A DNA stretch of 58,901 bases, the filler included. It is 9 parts of 9 records of this genome, joined end to end, with 100 filler letters (N's around TTAATTAATTAA, not from the genome) between each part and the next. Parts side by side here need not be neighbours in the genome. Positions count along the whole stretch, not along the records: positions 50,628 to 58,901 come from SRR31147125_137526; 8 more parts are not named here. One strand, written 5' to 3'. The first letter of the stretch is position 1, and each line of letters starts with the position of its first letter. The notes under the pieces are model-generated. The model was given only the letters and a program-made list of their open reading frames with translations. It was not told where the DNA came from and ran no database searches. A program made the translations under genes and the position numbers. Shown piece after piece: positions 50,528-58,901 of this stretch.

Positions 50528-50627
50528 NNNNNNNNNNNNNNNNNNNNNNNNNNNNNNNNNNNNNNNNNNNNTTAATTAATTAANNNNNNNNNNNNNNNNN
50601 NNNNNNNNNNNNNNNNNNNNNNNNNNN
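50528..50627. other. Artificial contig linker
   Basis: Same 100-nt linker. Confidence 0.99.
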
Positions 50628-50925
50628 ACATACATACATACACACACATACACACACCATAGCGGGATGATGGCACGTGGGGATGGTGTGGCGGTGGAGA
50701 CTTTCGAAAAAAGTAAGGAAGGGTATTCTTCTCTCGTTCTCACTGGTCGCCGACGCCCAGTTTGCGCGAACGTGTGGTTACATGGTACGCCGCCGGCGCA
50801 CGTTGGATCGGTGGTTGTTGTCGTGTCTTCCCCGAGGATATCAAAGAGATTCGAGCATCGCTATCAGCGGTAGCGACAGATGCTACGACAGATCCATAAC
50901 AAACAATATGCCATGTACACCTTTC

Positions 50926-53900
50926 TCAATACTCCTCCAGGAGAGCCAATTCCTCTTTCAGTTCGGCTATACGCTGCTCCGTTTTGCGCTGATAGATTGG
51001 ATTGGAGTAAGGGAGAATCGGCATCCGTGCACCAATGCCACTACCACGCACCTGAGAGGCAGCGAGACGTTGTAGTTGTCCTTGTGTCTTTGTCTCTTGA
51101 AAACGATCACCCTTCAGCGTCGGCAGCTTACATGTTAACTCTTCAAGCTATCCGACACCACTCGGTTAGCCCTGTATGATAGATACCATCATCGTGCGTA
51201 CCTGTTTCGCTTCTCCCAAAAAAATGACGTGGAGGGCATCAATCTCCTCACGAAGGCGCCTGGCTCGCATTTGTACGGGGAAACTGAGGTCACCTCGTCC
51301 GGGATTGCATCCACAGAGTCCCGTTCAGCAACACGTCGCAACAGGGTTACAAGATTCGCCGGTTCTGTCGTCGTTTCTGTTTGGCGCAATGAGCGAAGAT
51401 CCAACAAATCCTCGAGGAGAGCCCGTCGTTCTGCCTCGTCTTCGGTGACCTCTGCAACGGCCTCTTCGATAGGATCACGATTTTCATTGAGAGAAACGGA
51501 GGGCATCCCCACCGCGGCAACCAATGGTGTCCGGCGAGTGCGTGACACAAAGAATTGCTCACACATGACACGGAGAGCACGATAGAACTCTCGCAGAAAC
51601 GCAGAATCCGTATCGTCAGTCATATCACCGACTTTCACGTGTGTCGACGCATGGATCAGTACAAGCATGAAGTCACCAATCGTGTCCAGGCGCTCTTGTC
51701 GAATGAATAAGGTACGCATGCGTTCATCATAGAACACCGAATTGCGATAGGCGTTGCGTCTGTAGTTGTTGGACGGTAGGGACCGAGCGACCAATAGAGA
51801 GAGGGCAGGATGTTGACAACGCACAGATAGCATATCAAGAACAAAGACTCCAAAGCGATACGTCAGAAAAGAGGATGGAGTCATGTCGGAGACGGAAATG
51901 GGGTCCAATGTTCCCTCACAAATCCATATGGCATCGCGAGCGTCAATATACGGTAGGGCAAGGGGTTGAGGGGAAGGGATTACATCAGAAGTCTTCGTAT
52001 CCTGCAGGCAGGTGTTGAGCTTCTGTTCAATTGATTGAAGTTTGAGGAAGAGAGGCGATGCCACAAGGGATTCGTGGAGTCCACCATCCTGTTGCTGTGT
52101 CGTGGGTACAAGTTCTGGCGCGATGCCCAGGGCAGCTACTTGGCCAGGAGTTGGTATCAGAGTGTTGCTGCTACTGCTGCTACTGCTGTTGTTGCTTGTT
52201 GTTTGAGGTTTCGATGAAGATACGGTTCGTGTGGTGGGAGACGGAGGTTGTACAAGGCGTTTGGACACCTCTTGTCCCTCCTTTCGGGAAATCGAACTCT
52301 TCTTCGCGCGACGTTGGGCAAGGCGTTCCTCGAGTCGTTTCTGCTGACGCTCCCGTTCAATCTCCAGATGTTTCTCCATGGCAGCAACCTCTTCCAAATT
52401 CTCGAGAAGTGCTTCTTGACGCATAGTGGCCTGAGTAGCCATGGCAGCATCACGCGCTGCCTCTTCCTTCTCTTGCACGGCTGCACGCTGCTTCTTCTCA
52501 ATGTCTTCGGTCCACTTCTTCCATTTCTCTTCGTTTTCTTTGTCTTCACGAGTCAAACGAGTCATCAATCGGCGGATATCATCTGCCTTACGTCGCTTGT
52601 CCAAACCCTCAGGGATGGCTGTAAGCTCGGTCTGAAGTTGTTGGAGCTGCTCTCGACCATTTTGTGCCCTCTGCTCTTCAGCTTGTCGATCAAGGGCCAA
52701 AGCCTCCTCCATCTCGCGAATTTGTGTGATGAGAGGAGCCTGAGGAAGGGCACCCCGCCGATTCTGTTCAAGCAGTGCAACGTTCTCCTTTTTCTGGGCC
52801 TCCAATTCCTCCTGGAGAATTCGTAATTCTTCTTCCATTTTTTCGCGTTGCTGTTGTTCATACGATGTCCTTTCTTCCTGAAGCCGGCGCACCGTTTCTC
52901 TGTTTTCTTGTTCAAGCTTGGCTTGATAGGCGGCCAGATCACGGGCAACCGATGCCTCGTCCAGGCCTTGAACGGATACATTGTTTCGTGCAGCCAGCAT
53001 TGAGAGTTCCCGAGCCGCATCCACCACTTCGTGAAGCTGACGTTCACGAAGTTCAAGCCGCGAACCGCTGTGTGCAACATCAAGGGAGCAGAGAACTTCA
53101 CGTTCTGCTCGAATCTGTTCCACAGCGTGACGACGAGCCATCTCCGCAGCTGCCTGGTGGCGATCCTCTCCATCCAGATCTCTCCGCTCGCTTAAGATCG
53201 CTCGTTCCTTCTCCTGGTGTTCATCAACCTCTTCTAGTACTTCACGAACGCGTGCAGCCCGGTTTCGCATCAGTTCTGCGATGAGTTCTTCCATTTCCCT
53301 CGCATGACGTTCTTCCATTACCCTCTCCACAGCTTCTGATGTGCGTCCCAGGGGCAACGCTTGAATTCGGATCGACTGACGGAGGGCCCTCTTCTCGGTA
53401 TCAATACGTAGACTTCTTCGAAGACTCTTTACCTCATTGTCCTAATGCATGCATGCCACACAGATTGAGAATCCATACTACACACACACACACACACGTG
53501 CACACGCTACCTGTGCCCGGATCTCCAGGTCACGTTGCCTCTCATGCAGTTGTTTCATCTCATTGGCTCGTCGTCGTCTCTTCTCATCCAATTTGGTTTG
53601 AAGGAGTTCGGCTTGACGTTGCTTTTCAGCAGAAAGCGTCTCTTGTAGAGATGCAAGTTCTTCTCGATGAGATGAGATGATACGGGCCTTCTCGGAGTCT
53701 GTCGCGTCCGTCATGCTGGCAAGCTGGGCCTCGAGTCGACTGCGCCTTTCCTGGATTAATTTTTGCCGTTGTTCTTGGTGTTTGCCCTCCAGATCACGTT
53801 GTCTTTGTTCCCGTTCTCGCTCAAGCTCTTGTTCAAGTTGCAAGAGATCGACATTGGCCTTCTTCTCCAGTCCATCAAGCATGTGCACATGGTGTTCACG

Positions 53901-56900
53901 TAGTGCGATCTCCTGACTTGTGGGTCCTGACAGTTCTTCCACGGCAGGAATCACAAGTTCAGTGGACAACAATCCACCGTCCCCGGAAGAACCTTGCACA
54001 TTCAGAACGGCGTCGCTTTGTGTACGTTGCACCTCAGCGGTAAGGGCGTTCATTTCGTTTTGTTGAATTTGTTCAAGCTCTTGTTGTCGCTTCAGTTTTT
54101 TAGTGGCAAGTTTGTCGGCAAGCTGTTTCCCCTGTTGTGCGCGTTGAGCCTCCAGATGTGCCGCCAAATCCTTTAACTCGGCTGCGTGGTCACTGATCGT
54201 CCGTTCTCGTTCTTCAACCGTTCCTTCGAAGACTTCCAATTCCTCGGTGTGTTTACGTGTGGTATCCTCAAGAATCTGATAGTTTGTCAGCGGGAGAACA
54301 GTCCCGGTCGTCTTAGGTACCTTACTATGCTTGGATTGCAAGTGTTGAGCGTGTTCTCGAACGGTTACCTTGGCCTTTTGCTCCAACTCGTGTCCCTCTT
54401 GCACTTTCTCCTGTTGGTGACGCTGCTGGGTCTCCTCGAGTTGACGTTGGGCCTGCAATTCAGAAAGTTCCCTGCGTATGTCTGTGTCAGTGGATGTACA
54501 CAATGATTTCGTACGGAGCGCGGGGCGTACTTCTCTTGTCGTTGCAGAATTTCTTTCTCCCGTTTCTCCCGACGTACACGAAGTCGCTCACAAAGCGACT
54601 GTTCCTGTCGTGCCTTCTCGTCACCCAAGAAACTTCCCAGCTTCTCCATTCGACGCTGATGGGACTCAAGGGCCTTGGTTGCTTCGGATTCGGTTAGATT
54701 TCGTGACGCTAGACGTTCTTTGAACATAAGCTGCTCCTCTTCCAACACATTTCGCTTCTGTTCTTCCAATCGTATCGAAAGACCACTCATCTCTCGATCC
54801 TCTTCGTTGATCAATTGCTCCGTCAATACAGCAAGTTCGTGCTTGTGACGCTCCTGTAACTGTTCCACTGTTTGTGCAACGGGTTCCTGAGTCACTCCAC
54901 CAGCCTGCATGGGAATAGGCAGTCCACTCCGAGGATCAATCGTCGTACCACCCGCCTGTCCCAAAAGGCCTGCAATGATGCGGCGTAGCTCTTGGGAATC
55001 CAGAGCGGGTGCGATCATCGTATCCTTGTTTGCGTCTGGTTGTTTGGTGTGTCCGCACGCCACATCGTCTAGCTTGCGACGGACGCGTTCACGATTGGCA
55101 CGGGATTCCTCGCGTACCGCATGAAGAGAATCTTGCAAACGTTCAAGCACAGCCTTTCGACACTTCATATCGGTTGTGTACTCTTGACGAAGCATAGATT
55201 GAAGTGCATTGAACTCAGACATCCAACCCTCCGTCGTCTCCCTTCCTTCCCCTTCACGTTTCGCAGAATTATGAGATTCTACAAAACGCCTACGCAATTC
55301 CTTCATCTTCTTGCGATAAGATTCCAGGGCGTCGTGCATTCCCGTGTTGGCATTGAGAAGAGCCTCTTCCGCTGACATCTCACGCTTGTCGGTTGCCGTA
55401 AGAGTATCAAAAATGTCAGTACCGATGTGATGTCGCATTAGATCCAGTTTTCTTCGACGTCCTTCTTCCGCCGAGTGTGCATCTGCGATCGTCGCTGACA
55501 CCGAAAGCAGGGAATTCTGCACTTGTCTGATCTCCTTGGGAATCTTCTCACTAAGAGACAACTTGAGCGCACTAGTCATCAGGGACAAGAAATTCGTGCT
55601 CAAAGACTCGGATTCCTTCTCACGATCCTCTTGTCGATTCTCGTACACGGTCCGAGCCACCATTTCCGCTTCCACGTCGCTCACACGCCGGTCAACCTCT
55701 GCCCTTTCCTCTTTCTGAACAATGTCTTCTGCTGCACTTAACTTGAATCCCAACAGGGCCCGCAGTTCTCCTGTTTGTGCACAGATGCGTTCGTAAAACT
55801 CTTTCATGTCCTCTTTTTGCTGAGCGAGCTGAGAAGTGACGTGGACGTTTTGTGTTTCCAAGCGTTCGTACAGCGTCTTCACACTGAACCCCTCAAGGTC
55901 GACTTGACGTTCAAAGTCCCAGAAATCATTACGATACGTGTCATCATCATTACCTTCATTCACCCGTGACAGTGCTCCCTTCTGAAGTTTAGCAAGACGC
56001 TGGACAGCAGATCCCTTGGATGCATATTTATCCATGTCATGTCGGTGTGCATTGCGTCGATAGGGTGGCAGCAGCGAACCTCCCGCTCCCCATTGTCCAC
56101 GACGGAAGTTGCGCATCCATACAGTAACCCCAATGAATACAACAAGCAGTCCCATCACGACGCCACAAATCATCCACCAGTCAGGCTCGAGGACAATGTC
56201 ATCGGTCCTTCGTCCACCAAGTTGTACCAAATTCTGGGCACTGGTTGCCATGATACGTGCACTTGACGGACATTGTTCATTGGCACGCATAACGCTGACA
56301 ATCAGACGGCGATCACGCTTGGAATTGTCCCCAAAGACATACACACCGGGCTCTGTGAAAGAGAATGCGAATGTTGTGGCATTGTGGTGTCCGCCGCGCA
56401 TGGTCTCGGCCAAACGACGGAACGCGCCATAGTCGAAGTTGGGATTCGTGTTGTACAAAGAGTCCTTAATGTATACGGGGAAGTGATCTGGGCCGCCGGA
56501 GATGTCAAAGAGGATCCCATCACCAAGGCCGAGACACATCATGGGGTTTTGGAGAGACCGAAACACAGAGGTAGACTCCGTCTCCAGTCCTACAGGCTCA
56601 CCGGCCTCGTGCTCCTCAGTGTGGCGGCGGAGGCGGCGTTTCCTTGCCGCCACCTCACCCTCCAACAGCTTTCCACGCAACAAGAAATCAACGTACGATT
56701 TCTCCACGTCATAAACACCGGCAGCTCCCTCGGGCCAGTACTCCACAACCTCTAAGTTACAGGAATACCCATCCTGTTCACGACACTCAACACTACCAAT
56801 AACGCCTGTTGCTTCGGACAGGGTATAGGTTGTCGATGTGTTTCGGACAGGATCAAACAAGAGGAAGGTGGGCGTCGATGCCGTGGGATCCAGTGTAATA

Positions 56901-58901
56901 TGCAGTTGATTGTGCCGACACACATCATCACACACCGTATCCACACTTTCGATTTCTTCACACTCACACAACCCAACTCCTGGTACCAGTTTTCCACGAC
57001 CACTCACACATGCATGGGCACACACAGTACTATTGTTGGGATCCACACACTGACCATTCATATCCCGGACCTGGCCCGTCAAACACCGCGAATAGACAAT
57101 TGCCTGACAGTCAACAGTACTGTCTGCCTCACTAATCCGTAGCGACTCGTCCATGAACTCATAGCCCGGAGCACACACACAGGCACCATCCGACCGCTGG
57201 AATACACGATGTGTGCCATTGCAAATACACGTCTCGGCCCCTGGGAGAGAATAAGAGCTCGGTCCACAAGAGAAACATCCCGCCTGTCCTGGTAGATGAT
57301 TGAATGTACCCGCTGGACAGGGGAGACAGGCACTCGCGGAAGTGGCCACTTGTAGGGGGTTGAACGTCCCCGAGGGGCATGGTATCTTCTCCGCGGGTAG
57401 GGACTGGTTGGTGCACCAGTGACCTTCGGGACACGGATAACCACCTTCACTGGGTCCTGAGGGACGGGGAGTTGTGGCTCCCCCGGTACAAATGTATCCT
57501 GCATCACACGGAGCACACTCCAATCGAAGTGAATCAGCGCCATATTCACCCACTGGACAAGCCACACATGCTGTCTCTGCACTCGTCCGATTGTACGTGT
57601 GGAACAGGGTTCGCGTTCCAAGAGGACACAAATAGGGTTCCGCTGTTCCTGCCGGACAATAGTACGAAATGTTGTGACACGGTAACGGGGTTGAACATTC
57701 AGGAGGGCAGTAGAACCCGGGAGGACACTCGACGGGTTCATTCGTCTCCGCGGGACAAAACGAGCCAGCCGGACAAGGAAGCGGAATCCCAATTTCACCG
57801 GGACAGTATCGCTCCTCAGGACACGACTGGAAGAAGGAGGACGCAATGGGGCAGAAGAACCCCGGCGGACACAGATGGCAACCGTCCACCGACGTCCCAG
57901 CGGTTTCGTTTCGGTATGTTCCCGGTGGACACGGCACGGGATCCACTCCTTGGGGACAATACATACCCACTGGGCATGGAAAGACGTTGTAGGCAGCCAA
58001 ACCCTCCACATCGCAGATATAGCCAGCGGGACACAGAATACAGTTATCAATGCTTGTACTTCGTTCGTAAGGCTGGTAGGTGTTGCGGGGACAATCGAGC
58101 GCACCAATCGCACCCAGTTCTCCAATGGGACAGTACTTTCCGGGTGGGCAGCTTACAGGCACGGGATCGCCAGCCAGGCAGATAAAACCGGGAAGACATG
58201 AAGTGCATTCGCCAAGCTGCATCGCTCCTGGATCGGCGCGGAAGGTGTTATTGGGACAAGGAATCGGTAGCGGAGCGCCAGAGGGACAGTAGTGTCCGGG
58301 TGGGCAGGGTGCAAGGAGGGCAAAGGTGGACTCGGATGTGTAGTTGCCGGGGAGATAACCCGGAACGTCATTTCCTGCCTCGCAATAGACGCCAGCCAAA
58401 CAGTCGCCTGCGATAACCCCTCCACGACAGTATTTTCCCGGAGGACAAGCGAGGCACTCCTCGGCACGTTCCAGATTGGATTTATGGCCAAAGGTGCCCA
58501 GAGGACACGGAGTGCCGAACGCTGCTCCCTCAGGGCAATAGAATCCAACCGGACAGTCCTCAGGAGCTGTGGCATTGTCGTGACACACCATACCAACGGG
58601 GCAGGGAACACAACTCGATGCACCGTCAACATCTTGGTAGGAACCATCTGGACACCCAACCGCCCGTTCCGTACCCGCCGGACAGAAGTGACCCCGGGGA
58701 CACGTATTGGCACTTTCATTCCCGAATGTGTTGCCGCCCGGACAATAGAATCCCACTTGACACGGCCCGGATGGACCAGCCAGACCACGTTGATCACAAT
58801 AGAATCCAGGAGTACAGGGCTTGCAATCTGCTTCGAGCCGTGCCACCCCCTCCGTGTCCATGTACGTACCCAGTGGACACGGCTCGGGAGTTAACGTTCC
58901 C
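50926..58901 (-). CDS. Giant eukaryotic single-pass membrane protein (>2500 aa, 5' truncated): GCC2/GCC3-type Cys repeats, globular ectodomain, TM helix, very long coiled coil, globular C-terminal domain
   Basis: Many CPxGxYCP repeats and TM WWMICGVVMGLLVVFIGVTVW. Introns (e.g. 53442-53510, about 54472-54529, two near 51000-51200) link the ORF pieces. One missing base at G4 51277-51280; stop TGA at 50928-50926. Confidence 0.85.

Noticed and set aside
7079-50627. Eight copies of TTAATTAATTAA flanked by Ns as a biological repeat, and eukaryote-phage-bacteria adjacency as horizontal transfer
   Set aside because: They are identical 100-nt synthetic spacers. Composition and gene style change at each one, so no cross-linker synteny is meaningful.
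50628-50925. Short plus-strand ORFs at the start of the last contig
   Set aside because: No motifs. The region is more likely UTR/intergenic DNA plus a (CA)n-containing intron of the next minus-strand gene.
1-58901. CRISPR arrays, rRNA, tRNA, IS transposases, integrases
   Set aside because: None recognised by eye. Small structured RNAs could be missed without a covariance-model search.

Overview
This window is not one genome. It is nine unrelated contigs joined by eight identical 100-nt artificial linkers (N44-TTAATTAATTAA-N44), i.e. a concatenated metagenomic assembly. (1) 1-7078, (3) 13236-20955 and (9) 50628-58901 are from a microbial eukaryote, probably one species, with a compact genome, short GT-AG introns (43-80 nt where traced) and the standard code. 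They encode a metallophosphoesterase, an SLC35/TPT transporter, a NudE/NDEL1-like protein that appears to run on into a PH domain, a giant IPT/TIG surface protein with a reelin-like subrepeat, and a giant Cys-rich/coiled-coil membrane protein. (2) 7179-13135 is a phage-like early/DNA-metabolism operon with two methyltransferases; the C5-cytosine MTase contains a nested +1-frame ORF resembling the beta polypeptide of M.EcoHK31I. (4) 21056-26618 is a low-GC anaerobe: rpoN plus a flavoprotein, a NuoG-N/GltD fusion and a degenerate NuoF. (5) 26719-31977 is a glycerol-3-phosphate dehydrogenase-like triad plus a YgcU-like oxidoreductase and ETF. (6) 32078-37355 is Bacteroidota-like (two-component pair, CPBP protease, tandem lipoproteins). 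(7) 37456-44735 is a Desulfobacterota-like housekeeping block (rseP-tsaB-ispG-proS-rel-smr-fkbp). (8) 44836-50527 holds gene relics, a hybrid kinase and a lactate/glycolate module. Recurrent single-base frameshifts at homopolymers in several contigs look like sequencing errors. All family assignments come from motif recognition by eye; no database search was run.
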